Assembly: GCA_000697335.1 (NCBI GenBank)
Contig: JNEM01008146.1
Span: 1-43,344 of the forward strand
Direction of reading: 5' to 3'
DNA: 43,344 bases
DNA from: Conidiobolus incongruus B7586
Taxonomy: Eukaryota
Translations under genes and position numbers: made by a program
In this document: positions 24,851 through 35,228 of the stretch, piece after piece
Layout of the letters: the number at the start of each line of letters is the position of its first letter
Position numbering within the stretch: position 1 is the first letter of the stretch
The notes under the pieces: generated by a model
What the model was told of the DNA's origin: nothing
Databases searched by the model: none
Seen by the model: the letters and a program-made list of their open reading frames with translations, nothing else

Positions 24851-25729
24851 TCATTTTCACAATTGGAATCCCCTCATAAAAATTCCTTAAATAACCATTT
24901 GGAGAGCTATTGTTCATTTTGGTTTTGTAATAGAACTTGGCGCAATGTTACTATCCTCTATTTAAGGAAATATCCATCTTTTGAATGTACTTGTTTTTTC
25001 ATTTTATTTAAACCAAACCTATATATTTAATAACTCTTTTTGCACTTTGTTTTATCTTTTATAGACGTTGGAACTGGTATAATTCTATCTATTGTGTTTT
25101 ATTATACCAAATTGATTCTCCATATTGGTTTTAATATATTCGTTTACTTTTATTAAATATTAAACATTTTGTCTTTTCAAGATTTATTATTATTATTATG
25201 GTTCTACACCTATAAGTTTCTACTTTTAATATATGCAATTTTGACCTCAATTACTAATTAAATCTGCTAAATAATACACTATTATTAAATATCTCGTTGC
25301 GTTTCACTTGATATAATAGTTAATTGTTAATTGAATCTATTTGAATGTAATTATCAAGTAATTTATATAATTGCTGTCTGTACCATTATCGCAGATTTTA
25401 TAGCTGAAAATTGTTTGAATAATTCTATATATAGAAATGCATAACACAATAACTTATTATATCAAATTATCAAATCAAATTGTAATTTAATATCAATTTA
25501 ATATTACATATTTAATTTTATGGTGGGTTTACTATTACTCTTTTTCTCAACAAATATACAATATTTATGCCATCAATTTATTATTTTATACACAAATTAA
25601 TTATTTGCATTATTTTATTATATAAAATAAATTCAAAACAGTAAATGAAAATGATTAAATATCAATAAATTTAATTTATTAAATTCAATATAATAAGCAC
25701 ATATAATTCAAAAAGAGCATCCTATCCGA

Positions 25730-26617
25730 TTAATCCTATATTGATGTTTAATTATAATAATTAATAAATATGAGTTCAAGAACACTTACCATTCTGGATT
25801 TGAGAGTTCTAGTAATGATTGAATCAGGTGTACTAAATATTTGGTTAATATCATTGGAAATTGCAAAAATAAGTATTATAGTTACATAATATGAACAACA
25901 GCACCCCAACCAGACAAACAGTCACGATCCAAAGCACTCATTAAAGCTTGAGAGATGGTTTCAAACAATTCTTCAGGCTCCAAATCAGGTTCCCAGAAGG
26001 ACTCACAAGCACCATTGAGGGACTCACTAGCAACACCACTCACTACAAAATCGGCAGGTTCAACCAAACAACCAATTAAATCCATATTGGTAATATAAGG
26101 TTCATTGTTTTTATCTAAACCAACAATTACAGGTTCAACAAAGTAAGGTCCAAACCTATTTACAACAATTAGAGTTTTTGAGTATTGATATTTAGAGTAA
26201 TAAATCACCTTCTTTCGTATAAAGTAGAAGAAACCATATGAGCGAATGCTTTAGGTTGAATTTCTCTATTTTCCTTCATTTTATAAACATTAGTTCTCAT
26301 ACGAAATACTTCACTCCTAAAATAAATATTTCATTAATATTAATACTAATAATTTATAACCCAGTAATAAATTACAAAGTTTGAACATCAGTTGCTAAAC
26401 CAGCTAAACCGTATAAAATACGGTCGTTAACTTTGAAAATTTTTTTAAATTCAGTACCAATGGTTAAATTTTGTTGACCTAATCTCTTATCACAGGCGAT
26501 AGCTACACAATTTTTTCCTTTCATAGCCACAATGGCACTACCATTATATTGCATAATCGACTAAATATTACAAATTTAATATCAAATATAGATAATTTAT
26601 TTAATATCTAATACCAT
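25730..26617 (-). CDS. PUP3: 20S proteasome subunit beta-3, 6 exons
   Basis: [57 protein letters not shown]. Exons 26617-26615, 26560-26376, 26316-26209, 26155-25886, 25832-25790, 25735-25730. Confidence 0.96.
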
Positions 26618-27655
26618 TTTGAATAATCTTTAATATATATTAAGTAAAAATAATAGAATATGGATAAAGTTTAATTAAAAATATTTAGCTGATTGATTGA
26701 ATTTAATTATTTTATATGATAGTTTTAAATTAATTTTAATCATGATTACGTTTTTCATTTACTTGATTTATATTACTTTTCGCAGGTACGTCATCCTTAA
26801 TTTAGTTATTATGGGATCATATATATTTGTAAAGACACAAAGGTTTTCATATCATAGAAATGAGATGAAAAATAATATAGATAGATATATTATTATGAAT
26901 ATTTTTTATGAAATGAATATGAAAGTAATTCAAAATATTTCAATAAACTTAATATTCATTATATACATATTTAAACCAATATAATTTTAGCTAAAATTTT
27001 TATGTTTTTTTGAAAATATTTATTAGGTTTTGCAATATTGTCAGTTCGACATTTAATATATTATAAAATTGATATTATTTTCAATAAAACATATTTATAT
27101 TAGTATAATAGCATAGTTTGAATATATTAAGCTGAAATGGTTACCATTTCAAATGGTATCAATCATATCGAATTAGTTTGTTTTATATATTTAATTTAAT
27201 TAGTTTTATTAAAATAAATCTAGAAAGCTGACTCAAATTATAGTAAAATAAATGATTTTAATAATCAAAACAAAAAATACATATTGAAAAAATAGGTTGA
27301 AATATAAAATATTAAAAAAAATAACGGTTTATTAAGATTATTATAATTATTCATTATGAGGTAAAAAAAAACGATGAAACGGAAATTTAATGTGGAAGAG
27401 GTATAAAAACCCCAATCATCCTACCAAATTACCATTCAATTCCATCAATTTAATTAAAAAAAGGTGAGTCAATCATATTTCTCAACATCTGATCTAATAA
27501 GTTTTCATTCATCCCATAATTTGTAGACTCACCTTGTACCAATTTAATTTTCATCCAACCTTGCAACACAATTTAAATTAATTTTCTCAATACCGAATTT
27601 CTCCGAATTTCCTTTTTTTGATAGCAGCAATTCACCGATATTCACCTTCATAGAT

Positions 27656-29243
27656 ATGCATTATGATATACCGTTCTTATTAATGAAAAAAGCTGTTGCA
27701 GGTATAATGCGAAATCAGGTCAAAGTAGATGCCACCACAGATCATGTTTGCAATACATTAGCTGATATATCATCATTATACTTGGAGAAGCTTTCACTAT
27801 ATATAAAAAAAACTGCCGAATTATCTGGTCGAACAAAGGTATGCTTAGAGGATGTTTTAACCATTTTTGAAGATTGGGGGATTAATATTGAAGAATTATC
27901 AGAAGAAAGCATTATCCCTTATGAAGCTCAACCAAATGGCTTCAGCCATATCTCATGTAAGGTGTATTTTATATGGTTTAATAATACTTAAATAACATGT
28001 TACTCTCCCAATAGCCAATCTCATAAATACTCCATCAAGTCCTATTTCTGTATATGAATATAACAATCATGATACGAATATTGAGCCAGATCACTGTGAT
28101 TTGCAACATTCAGAAGAAATAAATGATACCTTATTGGATCACTCACTGTCAGATGAATCTATTGATTTCGAAGCCCATCTGAAGTTAAATGAGCCTACTA
28201 GCGAAGAATATTTCATTAAGAGCTTACCTGAAAAGCCTCAGAAGATAGAGCCATCGAAAGAAATTGATCCAGAGATATCAATTAGCTCATCATCGTCTCT
28301 TCCTGCTATTTCATCAAGTACAAACCGACCACGAAAAAATATTCGAACTGAAATCGAAGACCTGACCAAACCATTAGAAACCGATTCAATGCATGCTATT
28401 AAGCGACTGGGTAACAAACGCTACAAGATTCAGTCCAGTACAGAGATTACATTTAATGATATAGTGAATCAGCATGATCAAGCTTTCTTTAAAGTACTTA
28501 CCGATTTGAAATCAAATAATGATTTGCTTGAGATTGAAAGAAAAAATCCTCTCATGGGTATGGATATCGTCATCAATCAAAATCAGTCTAATCCAGATAC
28601 CCATGGTCTTCCTTATCTTCACTTTTTTTCTCCCATTGACGTCCTATTCCATCAAAATGTTCCTTCAATAACGAAATCTGATTTTATATCCTCCATTGTT
28701 CCCCCTATGTCACGTGAGGAATTCCTAACAGTGGGTACCATTCCTCAGCCTACATGGCTCCAACCTTCACAGCCATTATCTTCTCCTCCTGCTCCTCCCA
28801 CTCCAGTCAAAAAGTCTAGCAGAAAGTCTGCTGGCCATTCTTTTACATCAGATTCTCCTGCTCCAAAAATCAAGCTTACATTTAAAAACTCAACTTCTCC
28901 ATCAGAACATGACACTCGCTCACTGAATGACCAGCCAATTAGTCCTCTACCAGAATCCAGGCATCGATCGCATTCCAATGACGAATTCTCAATGGTTACA
29001 TCCAATCAACCTGAAGATGTTGCTTCACATTTATATCAGAATGGGGCAAGCTCAGAGAGAATTAATTGTATTTGCCAAAGGCCTGATTTTGATGATGGTC
29101 TATTTATGATTTCATGCGATAAATGTCTGGAATGGTTCCATGGTAACTGTGTAGGTGTGTTTCCTCACCAAGAACTAAATTCATGGTATTGTCCAAGATG
29201 TATCCATCGAAAAAGAGAGAAGGCTAGACGAAAAGCTTTATGA
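27656..29243 (+). CDS. bromodomain-associated histone-fold + C-terminal PHD finger protein (TAF3-like), 2 exons
   Basis: Exon 1 27656-27956 encodes a histone fold (TLADISSLYLEKL..AELSGRT..LEDVLTIFEDWGI). Intron 27957-28014. Exon 2 is in frame with the 380-aa ORF ending in a C4HC3 PHD (CICQ..MISCDKCLEWFHGNCVG..WYCPRC). Confidence 0.82.
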
Positions 29244-29372
29244 GATCTCACTATAATCTGTATTATTATCACCTTAAAAATCAAATATAAATTTTGTTTA
29301 AATCAATTTATTAAGTTTAAATAATATCTAGTTAAATAAATTAATCATTCTATATTTTGTCCTCAATTTCTT

Positions 29373-30735
29373 TTATAATTCAATATTGTAATATTGAGAT
29401 ATTTGTCCAACCAAGTATAATGAATCACAAATGACTACCAACTCACCATCTTGAATGGTCGCAGCTATTTGTTCGAAAACTTCGCCAAAGTGATTAAAGT
29501 ATCTGATATCTTTGCATTTAATGCTTGAAAGTTGAAATAATTCGGTGGGATTGCAACTAGAAATCCATGGCATATCTTGTGGAGTATCAAATGGTACAAA
29601 ATAAATGCTGTCATTTGAGTTCAACAAAATGGATATGATTTCCTCAACATTTTTGCCTTGAGTGAACGCATATATCCAATGAATTTTAGATTATTTTTGC
29701 TTATATATATATATATATTTTCAACTCTTTAGCTGCCTCTGCATTGTGGGCACCATCAATCAATACATGATTTAAAGGACGAAGATCGATTCATTGTAAT
29801 CTGCCTGGCCAAACAGTTTGGTGTAAACTTTTTTCAATGATATCTTGATTTAGGTTGTATCCGTGATGCGCTATTAAGACTTCTAGAGCATCAATACTAC
29901 ACGCTATTTTGCAATTGAAAGTCACCCTCAAGCGATAAATCAAAATGATACTGCTTTGTAGAAACTTGGTTATTGTAAATAAATTCAGCGTTGGAATTAC
30001 TTTCAAAGAGATAGGCTATTGATGAGCGATAAAGTTTGTAATTAATAAGCTTAGCTTGGGATTCAAAAACTTGCATAATCTTGTCATACTTTTGATGTGA
30101 AATGACGCAGTAACCGTTAGGCTTAAAAATACCAGATTTTTGAACAGCTATTTCTTTCACTGTGCTACCTAGCCATGCTTGATGATCCAACCCCACAGAA
30201 CTAACAACGGAGACCAAATTATTTGCAAAGACGTTAGTAGCATCATTCAAACCACCCATTCCAACTTCGATAATAGCGATTTTCACCTTTTGTTTATAAA
30301 AATATTGAAAAGCTATGCTTGTAAGTAGTTCAAAATTGGTTAATTTCACTTGACACTTTTCAGTCTCAGACTCTATCTCATTATTAATTTGATTTTATTC
30401 AATTAAACAAATTTTGATTCCACGAACTCTGATACATTCGTTAACTTGAATCAAATGAGGAGAGTTGAACTTTTTTGCCTTGAACTTGTGGTTCAGCAAT
30501 GTAGTCTCAAGATATAAGCAAATAGAGCCCTTCCCGTTGGTACCAGTAATGTGTGTTACTTTGAATTGATTTTGAGGTGATTTTACTTGTTAATACTTTA
30601 TTTATCCTATCAAAAGATAAATCTATTACAAAAAGATAAAGTGCCTTAACTGGGAGACTAAATCAATTAAATAGATTAAAGTGAAATTTTTATGACTTTA
30701 AGTGTATTATAAAATTGCATTTTACCAAGTCTCAT
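29373..30735 (-). pseudogene. FolC-family dihydrofolate/folylpolyglutamate synthase (FOL3-like), disrupted
   Basis: Motifs HITGTNGKGS, FNSPHL, FELLT, IIEVGMGGLNDATNV, LDH..LG, WPGRLQ, IDGAHN, SLYLVG lie in several frames. Stops TAA 30395-30397 and TGA 29791-29793; frameshifts near 30590, 29900 and 29700. Putative exon 1 30735-30726 with intron 30725-30623. Confidence 0.88.
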
Positions 30736-31084
30736 TATTTAATGACTATCAATGAAAATGATTGGCTAAAAAATCTTTGATGACATAATTTAAATTACAA
30801 ATATAGTAATATATCTTAGCACAATAAAAATTCACCAAAATTTAACGAATTAATAACATTTAATTAATTCTTAATTTAAAACATTCAAGGAAGTCTATTT
30901 TAATTTTAGATATAATTTCTAATTTTTTATAATACAGTTTGATAAGTGTTGTTAGTATATATATGAACATTTCCATATAGTCAATAATAATTTAAAATGA
31001 TTCTATGAATTATAATGTATTTAAAAACATTTAAACTTTTAAAACTAATAAAAATTTTATATAGATTAAACTGACAACTGTAAA

Positions 31085-31508
31085 TGTGGGAGGAAGTAGT
31101 CTTTTAGAGCTTAAACAGGGAATCGCCAGTGGTAAATGATAGATTACCACAAAATTAAGGGAAATTAAGAGGGTTCACCAAATTAGGTGAAAATAGCTTA
31201 CTGCAAATCAAGGTCTTTGAATAAAGTAAATATCTCACGCTCGTCACAACCCAATACTTTTTGTGAGTGTTACAAGAAAACTTAGAGACTGGATACTTTT
31301 GAAAATGAAGATAGAAAGATAAGTTTATTGATTGGTTTGTGATGATCTTATAATAGTTTCAATTGTTGAGTTTGGGTTGCTATGAATAACTTCAGGTGGA
31401 AAGCACTAAGTTAGACTAGTTCATAAAATGAGGTACTTCCAATATGACTTCTTGCATTAGTGCAATAGTCAGAGTTTCTTGATTGATGGACAAGATTATT
31501 CCCCATCA
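31085..31508. other. ~424 bp GC-richer non-coding island with TG...CA ends and many hairpins (solo LTR or structured ncRNA candidate)
   Basis: Begins TGTGGGAGG and ends TTCCCCATCA; at least four local hairpins and two long-range stems; no clean target-site duplication. Confidence 0.4.
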
Positions 31509-31563
31509 AAATTAATAAAATATTAAAGATATATTTAAAAATATTTATATAATATATTAAAAA

Positions 31564-33594
31564 TCAAAATAATTTGATCTTCTTGGCTATTTTCTTAATA
31601 TTGCTGGTAATTTGATCCTGAATGTCATCAGTTTCAAAGCCAGTTGCAATTCTTAAAATATCATAAGTCACTTGATGATTACCCAGGATATTGATATGTT
31701 CAGAAGTATTTTGTCCACCTCGAATATCCTCATAAATTGGAGATGATTGATCCTCAAACTCTCGAGTTATCACCTTTACATTACCCGGGTTGTACAGCTT
31801 ATTTTTCCATCCTTCCACACACATATAACCTAAACTAATCAATGGAACTGATCCGTCACCAGGACCCTGACGCACTCCAGATAAAGTTTCATGGTGAGGG
31901 AGATTAACAGATGAATCGATCGAAAATATGGGATTATTGGGCGATGTGGGATTGGGTGTGTAAAAATAATTTCTCTCAGTACTTAGACCATAGCCATACA
32001 TACAGTAAATTTTCAATGAAGGGGCATCAGGAAGTTGGCTCTCTAGAGGATTAGACCATGTGGCGGGGTTATCAGGTTCCATCTCAGACTCTGATTTGGC
32101 TAGCCCCCAACTGTATATCTTTTTCATTCTTTCAGCATATTTCTTACCAGTTTCATTAAATAATAATTCGATTGTATCTTCCAGGGTAAGGTTATTAAAG
32201 CTTTTATGTTTAGGAATATCATGGTGAATCTCATCTCCCTTGTAATGAGTAGTAGAATGAGTAAGGTCGTCTTTTGGTAAAAATTGAATAAAGTTTCCAT
32301 AGGATCCCTCAAATTTATGATCTTCAGAATCATCAGGAGCACCATTGTTATCTCCCCAAACTGCATTTCCCCCCTTTGGAATCATACTTGCCATGCCACC
32401 CCAGTTTCTAAAAATATCAATTCGATCTTGTTGGGTTAAAAAATGATCAAGTAAAAATTGAGCCATAGGTTGTACAGTTTCGCGTTGTTCTCCACTTAAA
32501 ATACTTGGAATAGATTTGACTGCACCTAGCATTGTACCTGCAATATTGACTACTGAGTCGATATGCTCTTCAACCCATTTTTTACCACCTTTACCACCTA
32601 AATCACTTTCTACCCAGTGCAAAAAGTATAAAAGTACTGATCCACCCATCGAATGACACAAAATAACTGCTTTTTCGCCTTCAGCATTTACTGTGATTTC
32701 GATAGTGGCCTTCAATTTGGTAAAATACTTGTCTCTCTTCTCTAAATCAGGGTATGCCAGACGCCAATCATATGCTGCTAAATGTAAATTGTTATTATCA
32801 TATCCGACAGCAGCCATATTTTCAATAATCTTTGCCCAGATCCAATAACCTGTAACAAAATAATCGGCAGCATCTAGACCCTGTGCAGCTCTTAATTTAA
32901 AATCAGGAGGATCTAACCCAGTTTCGGGGTCTAGCATGATGTGCTTCATCCATAGCTGCTTGTCCATTAGAATAGTTTGGAACATATTCATTGTACCCCA
33001 CATACGTTTCCTGAAGTACTTTTTGCTTTCTTCTCCTAGTCCCCAACTTTCAAGCCCAGAGCTGATTATTCCTGGAATGATAATAACAGGGTGCTTATTT
33101 GTGACGTTTTTGGCCCTGAGACTAAAACCAGGTTGTAATTCTTCATTAGAGACTTGCTTACTAGGTGGGAATAGACGATCGGTCATAGCACTAAAAAAAT
33201 CGTTCTGTTCAGCAAAACCTTCAGGAAGGTATTGCCTCATTAGTGAATCAACATTGGTTGTCATCTCAAGTTGAAATTTTTGAATCCAGAGTGGAATTTC
33301 AGGAAAAGTATCTGGTTGTGTATGCTGTAAAACTAAAGAGAAAGCGATAAGAAACCCTACAAAACCACCGAGCAGGAAGAAGACACGACGTCTTGTAGTC
33401 TTTTGAATTCGACCATCTTTATTAACAGAGCTTTGAAATACGGAATCTGAAATCATATCGGAAAAACTTTTATTCTTTTTCAAAGAAGGTCTTTTATTAG
33501 TTTGATTCTCTGCTATTGCTCTATTCAGCATCTCATCATCTTCATCATCACTTATTTTAACTTTTTTGGTTTTACGATTTTTTAGATTTTTCAT
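31564..33594 (-). CDS. LRO1: phospholipid:diacylglycerol acyltransferase (PDAT, LCAT family)
   Basis: N-terminal TM segment, HPVIIIPGIISSGLESW, FRKRMWG, AAYDWRL, CHSMG nucleophile, GDGSVPLISLGYMC, EHINILG; single exon. Confidence 0.96.
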   Translation of the reverse strand: MKNLKNRKTKKVKISDDEDDEMLNRAIAENQTNKRPSLKKNKSFSDMISDSVFQSSVNKDGRIQKTTRRRVFFLLGGFVGFLIAFSLVLQHTQPDTFPEIPLWIQKFQLEMTTNVDSLMRQYLPEGFAEQNDFFSAMTDRLFPPSKQVSNEELQPGFSLRAKNVTNKHPVIIIPGIISSGLESWGLGEESKKYFRKRMWGTMNMFQTILMDKQLWMKHIMLDPETGLDPPDFKLRAAQGLDAADYFVTGYWIWAKIIENMAAVGYDNNNLHLAAYDWRLAYPDLEKRDKYFTKLKATIEITVNAEGEKAVILCHSMGGSVLLYFLHWVESDLGGKGGKKWVEEHIDSVVNIAGTMLGAVKSIPSILSGEQRETVQPMAQFLLDHFLTQQDRIDIFRNWGGMASMIPKGGNAVWGDNNGAPDDSEDHKFEGSYGNFIQFLPKDDLTHSTTHYKGDEIHHDIPKHKSFNNLTLEDTIELLFNETGKKYAERMKKIYSWGLAKSESEMEPDNPATWSNPLESQLPDAPSLKIYCMYGYGLSTERNYFYTPNPTSPNNPIFSIDSSVNLPHHETLSGVRQGPGDGSVPLISLGYMCVEGWKNKLYNPGNVKVITREFEDQSSPIYEDIRGGQNTSEHINILGNHQVTYDILRIATGFETDDIQDQITSNIKKIAKKIKLF

Positions 33595-35228
33595 TTTTTA
33601 TTGGTAAACTGTAATATACCTATTATATGAAAAATAATTATAATCAAGCTAAGATTTGAATTTATTCAATTTATTGTATTTATTCAAAGATAAGCATATT
33701 AAATATTGTTTCATTTCTGACATCATCATCTTAATTAATCCATTCAAAAAATGAATTTTGTATTATTTCAAATTTCAAAACAATTGACAAGTTACATTTG
33801 GCATTTTCTAAGGTAATAAACTTTATGTAATTTAGATATCTTGATTAACTATATTTAATATTAAAGTTGGTTTTATAATCATATGGTTTATAAATTTTAA
33901 TTCAAATAAAATTGCATATCCCTGTAGTTTAAAAATATTGGAATCAAGTTTGAGAACAAAATATTATTTATGATATCATTATTCTAAGCTTTATAATAGT
34001 CTGAAGTTATTATAAATGAGCGTTAATCGCGCCTCAATATTCTTCCATTTTACATATTAATATATGTATTTAATAACAGATCATTGTTTTTAGCCATACT
34101 ACATTAAATAAATAGTGAGAAACAAAGCATTTTATACAACTCCCAGAGTTAAATTATAAAGTTTATAATATAATAAAATCGTTGTTGAATTAAATATCTA
34201 TAATATTATTATAAGCATATTAGATAATATCGATAATTAAACTTAAAGCGATGATAAATTATTTAATAATATTATGTTTCCGGATTTCCAAATATCCAGA
34301 ATACTTGGAGTGGGCAAAAATTCACGACTTTATTGGACAAATATTATTTTGATTAAATCACTTATTATAACTTGCAATTGAGTGAATATTGATATATAAC
34401 TTATTACCTATAACATCGAGCTACATAAGATCACCATCGATGCTGATCTTCAATATAACTCAGCATTATATGTATATTTCAAAACTCTGATTATAACACT
34501 TATAATTTAACCTGAAATTATCGGTTGAATTTTTTTTTAAAATTCGTCAATAAAGCTTTTTTTCAAATTCCTAGAAAATAAACCAAAGATAATTAGTTAT
34601 AGTGTCTAGATTTTAATCTAAATAACAATTTTAATAGTTTTTAAGAAATTTCTTTCAAAAAATTATAACTAATAAATAATAATATAATTTACAATTATGC
34701 ACATCTATTAATTAAGTCCAATGAATAAATTCTCAAATCAATTTGATATGTTTTAAATATTCATCAAGGTTATATAAATCAACCAATCCTTACAAATGTG
34801 ATTATATTCAAAGATATTAAAATATAAGTTTCACATTAAAATCAACATACTATAAAACAGATTCATTCAAAATTTTTAATATTCATTATAAAATGCTTTT
34901 GATTTCATATTTTCTAAAGCTCTGAATAATGTGATAATTGAACACCAAATTTCATGTCTTTCAATTTTTAATTTTTATTGTACTATCATATTTTTAATCT
35001 TAAAATATTACATATGAATTGAAATTAGATAAAAATAAAATTAGTAACATAAAAATAATAAATAAATTATTAATATAATTATTTTATTAAATTATGTCAA
35101 ATTTTTTAATTAATTTTTAAAAATCGATAGGAATAATAAATACAAAATATCATTATTATTCAATTAATCTACTTATTATTTATATGTTTATTAAGTTAAT
35201 TATGCTCAATATAATAAATATTTCATAA

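Noticed and set aside
26697..26984. 95-aa ORF (also 8340-8639 minus and 21579-21797 plus)
   Set aside because: Non-ATG starts and AT-driven I/F/Y/N composition in intergenic or promoter DNA.
31391..31420. TCAGGTGGAAAGC as SRP helix 8, and TTAGACTA as RNase P CR-V
   Set aside because: The AGCAG partner of the SRP motif and a proper CR-I partner are missing.
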